The position numbers and the translations under genes were made by a program. Under the pieces are notes generated by a model. It saw only the letters and a list, made by a program, of their open reading frames with translations, was not told the DNA's origin and ran no database searches. 64,000 nt of DNA from an uncultured Alphaproteobacteria bacterium (GTDB lineage Bacteria > Pseudomonadota > Alphaproteobacteria > MPNO01 > DASWLB01): the NCBI GenBank assembly GCA_963822575.1, contig CAWGHZ010000006.1, forward strand, positions 16,837-80,836, in the 5' to 3' direction. Numbering within the stretch: position 1 is the stretch's first letter; the number at the start of each line of letters is the position of its first letter. Positions 52,847 through 64,000 of this stretch are shown here, piece by piece.

Positions 52847-54040
52847 TCAGGCGACATCTCGCTCGCTCCGCAGCACCACCGCCCAGAACGAGGCGAGCAT
52901 CGCGATGGCGAGCAGCAGCACGCCCCAATCGAACACGCGCGGCGTGCCGTCGTAGAGGTGGATGGCGAGGACGCCGCCGCCCGCCGCCACCGCCATCTGC
53001 ATGAACCCCACCATCGCCGAGGCGGCGCCGGCGCGGGTGGGGAAGGGTGCGATGGCGCCGGCCTGGCTGTTCGGCATGACGAGGCCGGAGCCGAGCCCGA
53101 CCACGATCATCGGCACGACGATGCCGAGAACGCCCGCGCCGCCGAATGCGGCGAGCGCCACGCTGGCCGCCAGGCTGAGGATTGTGCCGACCAGGATGGT
53201 GCGGTCGATGCCGAGGCGCGGCGTCACCCGCGCCGCCATGTAGGCGCCGCCGCCGAACCCCATGACCACGCCGCCATAGACGAAGGCGAAGCCGGTTGGC
53301 TTCAGCCCCAGCACGTCGATGAAATAGAACGGCGCGACCGAGTTGAAGACGAAGATCTGGCCGAACCCGCAGGCGATGGTCAAGGTGTAGCCGGTGAATT
53401 TGCGGTGGGCGAACAGCGCCACGTATTCCCGGGCGATGCGCAGCGCGTGGATCGGCCCCGCGCGGTGGCGCTGCGTCTCGGGCAGGATCAGCCAGACGAT
53501 GACGAAGACAAGCGCGCCGAACGTCATCATGAACACGAAGTTGGACCGCCAGCCGTAATTCTGCTCGAGGAACGCGCCGAGGATGGGCGACAGCACCGGG
53601 GCCAGCGAGAACGCGGCCGAGATGTAGGCCATCACCCGCGCCGCGTCCTTCAACTCGTAGAGGTCGCGCACCACCGCGCGGGCCAGCACCGGTGCCGCGC
53701 ATGCCGCCAGCGCTTGCATCAGCCGGAAGCCGATCAGCGCCTCGATCGAGGTCGCCTCGGCGCAGGCGATCGACGAGGCGACGTAGAGCCCGAGCCCGGC
53801 CAGCAGCATCGGCCGGCGGCCGTAGCGGTCGGCGAGCGGGCCCCACACGAGCTGGGCCAGCGCGTAGGCCACCATGAACAGGCTGAGGGTGAGCTGCACC
53901 ATCGCCGGCGTCGTCTTCAGGCTGACGGCGATGCCGGGCAGCGACGGCAGATACTGCGCGTTCGACGCCGACGACACGGCCGTCATCGCCGTGATCACGG
54001 CGATCAGAACGCCCGGCGGCGGAACGCGCCTGGGGCTCAC
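52847..54040 (-). CDS. MFS transporter, Bcr/CflA-type drug-resistance subfamily (copy 1)
   Basis: Conserved part of ORF 52847..54694. TM1 GVLIAVITAMTAVSSASNAQYLPSLPGIA, and motif A-like GPLADRYGRRPMLLAG. The GTG start at 54040 overlaps the upstream stop (GTGA). Confidence 0.8.
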   Translation of the reverse strand: MSPRRVPPPGVLIAVITAMTAVSSASNAQYLPSLPGIAVSLKTTPAMVQLTLSLFMVAYALAQLVWGPLADRYGRRPMLLAGLGLYVASSIACAEATSIEALIGFRLMQALAACAAPVLARAVVRDLYELKDAARVMAYISAAFSLAPVLSPILGAFLEQNYGWRSNFVFMMTFGALVFVIVWLILPETQRHRAGPIHALRIAREYVALFAHRKFTGYTLTIACGFGQIFVFNSVAPFYFIDVLGLKPTGFAFVYGGVVMGFGGGAYMAARVTPRLGIDRTILVGTILSLAASVALAAFGGAGVLGIVVPMIVVGLGSGLVMPNSQAGAIAPFPTRAGAASAMVGFMQMAVAAGGGVLAIHLYDGTPRVFDWGVLLLAIAMLASFWAVVLRSERDVA

Positions 54041-55299
54041 CCCGGCGCGCCCGCTTCCTGCCGGCGCGCGATCAGCGCCCAGTAGGTCGCGCCGGACGCG
54101 ACAATCAGCACCAGCACGCTCGCCGCCATCGGCAGGGCGGAGCCGCGATATTCCGCCATGATGGCGATGCCGGCGAGCGCGGCCGCCGTCATCTGGAGGA
54201 AGCCGGTGAGCGCCGAGGCGGCGCCCGCCTGATGCGGGAATGGCGCGATGGCGCCCGCCTGGCAGTTTGGGTAGACGAAGCCGAACCCGGCGGTCACCAC
54301 CCCCATCGCGCCGCAGATCGCCCAGGGGCTGTGCGAGCCGCCGGCGACCAGCACGAGCATCGCGACCGCACCGGCGAGCGAGACCGCGGCGCCCAGCATC
54401 ACGGTGCGCGCCATGCCGAGCGGCGCCGTCCAGCGCGCGGCGAGCCAGGCGGCGAAGCCGTATCCGACCGCGGTCAGCGCGTAGGGCACGGCGAACGCGA
54501 TCGGCGCGAAACCGGCCTCGCGGATGAAGAAGAACGGCGCGACCGAGTTGAACAGGAAGATCGTGCCGAACGACAGGGTGAGGCACATCGCGTTGCCCAG
54601 GAACACGCGGTTGCCCATCAGCATGGCGTAGCCGCTCGCCACCGTTCCCAACCTCAGCGACCGGCGGCTCGGCAGCGTCTCGGGCAGCCGCCACGCGACC
54701 GTCGCCAGCAGCGCGCCGGACGCGATCGCCATGAAGGCGAAGTTAGCGCGCCAGCCGAAATTCTCCTGCAGCCCCGCGCCCATCGCCGGAGCCACCACCG
54801 GGGCCAGCGCGAAGGCGGCGGCAACGTAGGACATGATCCGGGCGGAGTCGCGCGGGCCGTACACGTCGCGGATGATCGCGCGGCCCAGCACCGGCGCGCT
54901 GCACACGCCGACCGCCTGGACGATCCGGGCGACGATCAGCATCTCGATCGAGGTGGCGAGCGCGCAGACGATCGAGGCCAGGAAGTAGAGCCCGAGCCCC
55001 ATCACCAGCACGACCCGCCGACCGTAGCGGTCGGCCACCGGCCCCCATATGAGCTGGGCGAGGGCGAACCCGGTGATGAATCCGCTGATCGTCACCTGGG
55101 CCGCGGTCACGGTGGTGTGCAGCCCCGCCGTCATCGCCGGCATCGACGGCAGGAACAGGCTCGACGACAGCGACGAGGTCGCGGTCACCAACGTCATCAG
55201 CGTGACGAACGCCCACGGCCGCATGCCGGCCGGCCGCGCCGGCGCGGACGCAGCCCCCTCGGCGGGCGACGGCCCGGCATGGCGCGGCGAATCTGTCAT
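54037..55299 (-). CDS. MFS transporter, Bcr/CflA-type drug-resistance subfamily (copy 2)
   Basis: LFLPSMPAMTAGL..., GPVADRYGRRVVLVMG. It is collinear with copy 1. Start taken at MTDSPRH (55299); the Met at MRPWAFV is an alternative. Confidence 0.8.
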   Translation of the reverse strand: MTDSPRHAGPSPAEGAASAPARPAGMRPWAFVTLMTLVTATSSLSSSLFLPSMPAMTAGLHTTVTAAQVTISGFITGFALAQLIWGPVADRYGRRVVLVMGLGLYFLASIVCALATSIEMLIVARIVQAVGVCSAPVLGRAIIRDVYGPRDSARIMSYVAAAFALAPVVAPAMGAGLQENFGWRANFAFMAIASGALLATVAWRLPETLPSRRSLRLGTVASGYAMLMGNRVFLGNAMCLTLSFGTIFLFNSVAPFFFIREAGFAPIAFAVPYALTAVGYGFAAWLAARWTAPLGMARTVMLGAAVSLAGAVAMLVLVAGGSHSPWAICGAMGVVTAGFGFVYPNCQAGAIAPFPHQAGAASALTGFLQMTAAALAGIAIMAEYRGSALPMAASVLVLIVASGATYWALIARRQEAGAPG

Positions 55300-55459
55300 G
55301 AAATCGTTCCGGCTGGCCCCGCGGGCGATAACATCATGGATCGCCGGGCGGGGCAACGCGCGCCGGCGCGGGTCAGGCTTGCCGCATCGGCCCGTCATGA
55401 AGCGCGACCGCGGTCCGGGCGCGGGTGCCGGCCCGGATCGCAGTCGCTCGGCGGAAACG

Positions 55460-56422
55460 TCACATCTTCGGCAGGAACGCGGTGGTGAAAAGCTGGCTGT
55501 CGGCCGGCTTCGACTTCAAAAGTCCCATCTCGACGAAGGTTTCCTTCAGCAGCGCCACCGCCTTCGGGTCGAACGCGCCGGTCTTGCTGAAGCCCTTCAC
55601 CTCCTCGTCATAGACGCGCGCCATGTTGTCGAGCGGTTGGTGAAGCACCCGGGCGGAGATCTCGACCGCCTTCTCCTTGTGCGTGCGGATATATTCGAGC
55701 GTCTCGAGCCAGGCGGCGACGAAGCGGCGCACCTCGTCCGGGTTCGATTTCACCAGGTCCTTCCGCGCGTAGACGACGTGGGTGATGAAGTTTGGCACCA
55801 GGTCGGCGAAATTGTAGAGCGGCTGGAGCTGCTTCTTGCTCTGCATCAGGTAGGTGACCTCGGTCGCGATCACGAGCCCGTCGACCTGGTGGGTCTTAAG
55901 GCCGGCGAGCTCCGGCTCCAGCCCGCCGAGCGCGACCGGGGTGATTCCGTCGGCACCCCAGCCCTTGTGCTGGGCGAGCCGGCGCGCGAGCCATGCGGTC
56001 AGCGAGCCGACGGTCGTCACGCCGAGCTTCTTGCCCTTGATCTGGTCGAGCGTGAGGGCCGAACCGTACGGCACGGCGATCATCAGGTTGTAGGGCGCGC
56101 CGTAATAGGCCGCGACGCCGATCCCGGCGCCGCCCTTGGCGTTGAACGCCATGCCCGGCCCCGAGGCCAGGCCGAAGGCGATGGTCTTGGAGAGAAGCCC
56201 CTGCTGCAGCTTGGCGTCGCCGGCGAACCCGACGATCTTGACCGTGTCGAACCCGTGCTTTTTGAAGATGCCGACCTCGCTGCCGATGTCGAGCGGCGTG
56301 AAGGTCCAGGCGAAGGGCACCGCCTTGCCGACCGAGATCGTGTCGCCGGCGCGGGCGGCGGGCCCGGCGAGGGCGATGGCGACCGCCGCGGCCGCGAGCG
56401 GAAGGGTTCGCGCAAGCTTCAT
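55460..56422 (-). CDS. ABC transporter substrate-binding protein, NMT1/THI5-like
   Basis: Conserved part of ORF 55460..56569, starting at MKLARTLPLAAAAVAIALAGPAARA (signal peptide). Solute-binding fold pattern. Confidence 0.8.
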   Translation of the reverse strand: MKLARTLPLAAAAVAIALAGPAARAGDTISVGKAVPFAWTFTPLDIGSEVGIFKKHGFDTVKIVGFAGDAKLQQGLLSKTIAFGLASGPGMAFNAKGGAGIGVAAYYGAPYNLMIAVPYGSALTLDQIKGKKLGVTTVGSLTAWLARRLAQHKGWGADGITPVALGGLEPELAGLKTHQVDGLVIATEVTYLMQSKKQLQPLYNFADLVPNFITHVVYARKDLVKSNPDEVRRFVAAWLETLEYIRTHKEKAVEISARVLHQPLDNMARVYDEEVKGFSKTGAFDPKAVALLKETFVEMGLLKSKPADSQLFTTAFLPKM

Positions 56423-56553
56423 TGACGTCTCTCCCGAATGGTCGTGGTGCCGGTGGCACGCTGGCGCCGGCGAGGGTGCCTCGCGCGCGGCGCGCTTGGC
56501 AATGGGATTCGCGTGGCCCACTATGGGGTTCGCAACGGGAAGGGCGGACGGAG

Positions 56554-57696
56554 ATGGCGGACCAGACATACGACGTGGGGCGCATCGGGCCGGGCACCGT
56601 CGCCGGCCGGTTCATCCGACGTTTCTGGCAGCCGATCGCGCGCTCGATGGACCTCGGCCCCGGCCGGCCGCAGCGGATCGAGCTTCTGGGCGAGCATTTC
56701 ACCGTCTATCGCGGCGAGACGGGCCAGGCGCACGTCGTGCAGGACGCCTGCCCGCACCGCCAGACCCAGCTTTTCCTCGGCTGGGTCGAGGGCGAGTGCA
56801 TCCGCTGTTTCTACCACGGCTGGAAGTTCGACGCGGCCGGGCGCTGCATCGACCAGCCGGCCGAGCGCCACGGCTTCAAGGACAAGGTGACGATCCGCGC
56901 CTACCCGACGCGCGAGTATCTCGGCCTCGTCTTCGCCTATTTCGGCGAGGGAGAGGCGCCGCCCTTCCCGCTGTTCCCCGAGGTAGAAGAGGCGAAGGGC
57001 ACGCTTTCGGTCACGCGCCACGTCGTGCCGTGCAACTACTTCCAGCGCGTCGAGAACGACCTGGACGAGACGCACGTCCACTTCGTCCATCGCGTCTCCA
57101 CCGCGCCGGTCGGGTTCGACGAGCTGCCGGACATAAAGGTCGAGGAGTCCGACTACGGCATCCTGCGCACCGGCCGCCGCGCGGGCGGCGGCGCCAACCC
57201 GACGCGCGTCGGCCATTATCTGATGCCCAACACGCTGCTCGTCGACCTGCCGCCGGCGCCGGACCATGGCTACTGGACGATCCACCTCGCCTGGCGCGTG
57301 CCGGTGAACGACGAGCGGATGGCGAGCCATATCGTCAGCCTGCGCCAGGGCGCACCGTCGGACGGGCGCATTTCCGGCGGCAGGACGATCGATCCCGACC
57401 CGCTGGTCGTCACCGAGGAGGTGCTGGCCGGCCGGGTGCGCGTGCAGGAGCTCGACGCCTCCTATCGCGGCCTGTTCCAGGTGCAGGACAATGTGGCGCT
57501 GGCGGGCCAGGGGCGCATCGTCGACCGGTCCAAGGACCGGCTCGGACAGTCCGACAAGGGGATCATCCTGTTGCGCCGGCTGTGGCAGCGCGAGCTCGCG
57601 GCGCTTGCCGAGGGCAGGCCTTGCAAGGACTGGCGCCGGCCGGCGGAAAAGCTTCCGCTGATCGTCAGCGGCGTCACCGAGGTCGCGGCGTTGTAG
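56554..57696 (+). CDS. Rieske [2Fe-2S] domain oxygenase
   Basis: Starts at MADQTYDVGRIGPG. Rieske motif CPHRQTQL...CFYHGWKF, and a mononuclear-iron region NDLDETHVHFVH. Confidence 0.85.
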   Translation: MADQTYDVGRIGPGTVAGRFIRRFWQPIARSMDLGPGRPQRIELLGEHFTVYRGETGQAHVVQDACPHRQTQLFLGWVEGECIRCFYHGWKFDAAGRCIDQPAERHGFKDKVTIRAYPTREYLGLVFAYFGEGEAPPFPLFPEVEEAKGTLSVTRHVVPCNYFQRVENDLDETHVHFVHRVSTAPVGFDELPDIKVEESDYGILRTGRRAGGGANPTRVGHYLMPNTLLVDLPPAPDHGYWTIHLAWRVPVNDERMASHIVSLRQGAPSDGRISGGRTIDPDPLVVTEEVLAGRVRVQELDASYRGLFQVQDNVALAGQGRIVDRSKDRLGQSDKGIILLRRLWQRELAALAEGRPCKDWRRPAEKLPLIVSGVTEVAAL

Positions 57697-57758
57697 GGGA
57701 TTCGAACGGGAGCATGTCCCGTTCCACGCTCAGAAACGAGAAATCACGGGAGGAAACG

Positions 57759-58838
57759 ATGGAGACGTGCGGAACGCTTTTGCGGCAGGGCGCGGCCGGC
57801 CTCGCGCTCGCGCTTTTTGCCGCCGGCACGGCGCTCGCGGCCGAGCCGTCGGGCGCTCTCAAGGCGCTGGCCCAGGCGGCCGACAAGGAGGGCGGGCTCA
57901 CGCTCTCCTGGGGCGAGGGTACGCTCGGGGGCTCCGACGGGCTCAAGCGCTTCCAGGACGAAATCAACGCCACCTACGGCACGCACCTGAAGTTCACGTT
58001 CACGCCGGGACCGTCGATGCCGGCGATGGGCAGCAAGATCGCGACCATGATGGCGGCGGGCCAGCCCTCGCCGTCGGACGTCTACATCGCGTTCGTGCGC
58101 ACGATGGCGACGCTGGTGCCGCGCCACATGTTCCTCAAGGCCGACTGGCGCGCGCTCGGCGTGCCGGCCGACGCCGTCGAGGAGGACGGGACGATGGTCA
58201 AGCTCGTCTCAGCGACGCCCGGCATCCTCTACAACACGCAGAAGGTGCCCCATAAGCCCGAGCGCCTGACCGACTTCCTCAAGCCCGAGTGGAAGGGCAA
58301 GATCGCCTCGACGCCCTACGTCGCGAATTTCGACATGCTGGCCTCCAAGGCGGGCTGGGGCGCGGAGCGCGCGGTCGACTACGCGAAAAAGCTGTCGCCG
58401 CAGCTCGCGGGGCTCCTGCGCTGCAACGAGGCGGAGCGGGTCGCGTCGGGCGAGTTCGTCGCGTTCTTCATCACCTGCACCGGCAACGACGCCGACGAGT
58501 TCATCAAGAAGGGCGCACCGCTCGCCCAGGCGGTGGCGCGCGATTTCGCCGTGGTCGGCTACTTCTATCTCGCCGTGCCCAAGAATGCGGCGCACCCGAA
58601 CGCGGCCAAGCTGTTCGTCGCCAATGCGCTCACACCCGCCGGACAGAAGCTGGTGTACGACACCTGGGGCTCCGACCTCGACATCCTCCCCGCCTCGCGC
58701 ACCAAGGCGCAGATCGACAAGGTGCAGCAGGCCTACGGCGTCAAGATGACCCGCTTCGAGGTGCAGGACTCGGTCGACAACAAGGCCGGCAACAAGGCGT
58801 GGAACGAGATCCGCAAGATCTTCCGGAACCGGAAATAG
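57759..58838 (+). CDS. ABC transporter extracellular solute-binding protein (Fe3+/polyamine-type, family 1)
   Basis: METCGTLLRQGAAGLALALFAAGTALAA signal peptide, with GGGAGGAA upstream of the ATG at 57759. A mature protein of ~330 aa. Confidence 0.75.
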   Translation: METCGTLLRQGAAGLALALFAAGTALAAEPSGALKALAQAADKEGGLTLSWGEGTLGGSDGLKRFQDEINATYGTHLKFTFTPGPSMPAMGSKIATMMAAGQPSPSDVYIAFVRTMATLVPRHMFLKADWRALGVPADAVEEDGTMVKLVSATPGILYNTQKVPHKPERLTDFLKPEWKGKIASTPYVANFDMLASKAGWGAERAVDYAKKLSPQLAGLLRCNEAERVASGEFVAFFITCTGNDADEFIKKGAPLAQAVARDFAVVGYFYLAVPKNAAHPNAAKLFVANALTPAGQKLVYDTWGSDLDILPASRTKAQIDKVQQAYGVKMTRFEVQDSVDNKAGNKAWNEIRKIFRNRK

Positions 58839-58868
58839 GCGGAGCGTTACGCCTGTGAGCGACGTGCC

Positions 58869-60620
58869 ATGGCCGCGCCGACCGCGGCGCCGAGGGCGCG
58901 GCCGTGGCCGCGGCTCGCACGCGTCGACGGCTGGTCGGCCGGGCTCCTCGCCCTCGTCCTCGCGCTCTCGGTACTGATCCTGGCGCTGCTGGGCATCGTG
59001 CTGTGGCTCAGCCTGCGCGAGGGCGGCCCCGGGGATCCCGACGCCTACTACACGCTCGGCAACTATGCGGAGACGATCGCAGATCCCTTCACCTGGCGGG
59101 TGTTCGGCAACACGATCGGCTTCTCGCTGGTAACGCTCGCCGTCGCCTTCCTGTTCGGCCTGCCGGCGGCGTGGCTGGCGGAGCGCACCGACATCCCCGG
59201 CAAGGCGGCGATCTACACGGCGATGACCATCGGGCTCCTGCTGCCCGGCTTCGCCTCGGCGATGGGCTGGCTGTTCCTCCTGCACCCGCGGATCGGCCTG
59301 GTGAACACGTGGCTGGTCTCGACCTTCGGCCTCGCGACGCCGCCCTTCGACATCGCGACGCTGGGCGGCATGGGCTGGGTGCAGGGGCTCAACCTCGCGC
59401 CCGTGGCCTTCATCATGACGGCGGCCGTGTTCCGCGCGATGGACCCGGCGCTCGAGGAATGCGCCTTCACCTGCGGGGCCGGCATGCGCCAGATCGCGCG
59501 GCGCGTGACCCTGCCGCTCGCCTGGCCGGGCATCCTCGCCGCGGGCATCTACGTCTTCACCATCGGGTTCGCGGCGTTCGACGTGCCGGCGATCATCGGC
59601 TGGTCGAACCGGGTCTTCACCTTCTCGACCTATCTGGTGGTGCAGCTTTCGTCCGAGGATTCGCTGCCGCATTATGGCACGGCGGCGGCGCTCTCGACGC
59701 TGGTCGTCGCGCTCGCCGGCGGGCTCGGCTGGTGGTACGCGCAGCTGCAGAAGCAAGCGCACCGCTACCGCGTCGTCACCGGCAAGGGGTACCGGCCGCA
59801 GCCGGTGGCGCTCGGCCGGCGCGCCCTCTGGGCGTGGGCGTTCCTCGGCCTCTACATCGTGCTGGCGAAGGTTTTGCCGATCCTGGTCGTGGTGTGGGCG
59901 TCGCTGCTGCCCTATTTCCAGCTTCCCTCGGCCGCCGCCTTCGCCTCGCTCTCCTGGACGCAGTTCCAGGGCCTGCCATGGGACCTGACCTTCGACGGGC
60001 TCAAGAACACCGCCATCCTGATGGCGCTGACGCCGACCGTGACGCTCGCCTGCTGCGTCGCGTTCTCGTGGATCGTGCTCCGCTCGCGGGTGCCGGGCCG
60101 GCTCTGGTTCGACTTCATCGCCTTCCTGCCGCACGCCGTGCCCAACATCATCTTCGGCGTGGGCGCGCTCCTGTTCGCGCTGTTCGTCCTGCAGCGCGCC
60201 GTACCGATCTTCGGCACGATCTGGCTGCTGCTTCTCGTGTTCACCATCGCGCGGCTTTCCTACGGGACGCGGATGACCAATGCCTCGCTGATCCAGATCC
60301 ACACCGAGCTCGAGGATTCCGCGCGCATGTCGGGCGCATCGACCGGCGGGGTGGTCAGGCGGGTGATCGTGCCGCTTTTGACGCCGACGCTGGTCTATGC
60401 GTGGCTGTGGATCGCGCTGCTCACCTTCCGCGAGCTGACCCTTGCCGTGATCCTGACCACGCGCGGCAACATCACCCTTCCGGTGGTGGTCTGGAGCATG
60501 TGGGTCAATGGCGGCCTCGGCAAGGCGGCGGCAATCACGCTCCTGCTGCTCGGCATGATGATCCCGTTCGTCGTGCTCTACTGGGTGGTGGTCCGCCGTC
60601 AGGCTGGCCTCGCCCGCTGA
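58869..60620 (+). CDS. Fused two-domain ABC transporter permease (FbpB/ThiP-like)
   Basis: A 583-aa protein of about 12 TM segments, with two repeated permease halves each carrying an EAA-type loop (EECAFTCGAGMRQIARRVTLPLAWPGI; EDSARMSGASTGGVVRRVIVPLLTPTL). Confidence 0.85.
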   Translation: MAAPTAAPRARPWPRLARVDGWSAGLLALVLALSVLILALLGIVLWLSLREGGPGDPDAYYTLGNYAETIADPFTWRVFGNTIGFSLVTLAVAFLFGLPAAWLAERTDIPGKAAIYTAMTIGLLLPGFASAMGWLFLLHPRIGLVNTWLVSTFGLATPPFDIATLGGMGWVQGLNLAPVAFIMTAAVFRAMDPALEECAFTCGAGMRQIARRVTLPLAWPGILAAGIYVFTIGFAAFDVPAIIGWSNRVFTFSTYLVVQLSSEDSLPHYGTAAALSTLVVALAGGLGWWYAQLQKQAHRYRVVTGKGYRPQPVALGRRALWAWAFLGLYIVLAKVLPILVVVWASLLPYFQLPSAAAFASLSWTQFQGLPWDLTFDGLKNTAILMALTPTVTLACCVAFSWIVLRSRVPGRLWFDFIAFLPHAVPNIIFGVGALLFALFVLQRAVPIFGTIWLLLLVFTIARLSYGTRMTNASLIQIHTELEDSARMSGASTGGVVRRVIVPLLTPTLVYAWLWIALLTFRELTLAVILTTRGNITLPVVVWSMWVNGGLGKAAAITLLLLGMMIPFVVLYWVVVRRQAGLAR

Positions 60621-60764
60621 GGGCGCCGGCGCAGTCGAGAGTCGCGTTCCGAGGCGATGTCGGGCATATTATCGGGCATATTAACGGAGCGATTGGGGCT
60701 TTCCTCGGCGGCCCCGGCGCGCTAAATCTATCCCGATAGGACAGGATCGCTGACGGAATTCCGG

Positions 60765-64000
<3,236 letters not shown>

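Noticed and set aside
52657-52857. A 66-aa Arg-rich minus-strand ORF overlapping the ParE-like fragment
   Set aside because: Its composition (runs of R/G/A) is typical of an artefact frame. The alternative frame carries the only recognisable motif.

Overview
Very G+C-rich chromosomal segment with alphaproteobacterial hallmarks: a HisKA_2/HWE-type kinase, a GGAAC-N17-CGTT EcfG-type promoter, a PEP-CTERM protein and an rpmH-rnpA-yidD-yidC-engB block. I can support about 60 protein genes, one tRNA-Ala(CGC) and several repeat elements. Most of the window is housekeeping or central metabolism: dapB, nth, tkt-gap-pgk, gltB, the YidC block, TPP enzymes, a 2-oxoacid or acetoin dehydrogenase-type E1a/E1b/E2 set, and many NMT1-type ABC uptake genes with LLM monooxygenases and Rieske oxygenases. 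I see no CRISPR array, no intact prophage or integrase, no recognisable defence system and no secondary-metabolite cluster, so I cannot point to one clearly new system. The stretches that ordinary annotation does not explain are: (1) a decayed integrative-element scar at tRNA-Ala with three direct copies of the tRNA 3' end plus terminator, next to a helically phased 11-bp iteron-like array; (2) a ~135-nt MITE-like palindromic element sitting in frame in the E2 linker; (3) a ~60-nt element present twice, whose internal hairpin shows compensatory changes; (4) a GH15 / glucose-1-dehydrogenase-like SDR / GH15 module behind an EcfG-type promoter; (5) a GMC dehydrogenase operon with an uncharacterised, internally duplicated membrane protein and no cytochrome c subunit; (6) a low-GC patch carrying an RHH gene, a sensor-less HisKA_2 kinase and an HU-like gene. 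Two LLM oxidoreductase genes carry single-nucleotide frameshifts, and one DUF2244-like gene has no stop until it has crossed dapB antisense. These may be assembly indels or real decay. Gene coordinates are anchored on the ORF track. Coordinates of RNA and repeat features were read by eye and may be off by 1-2 nt.
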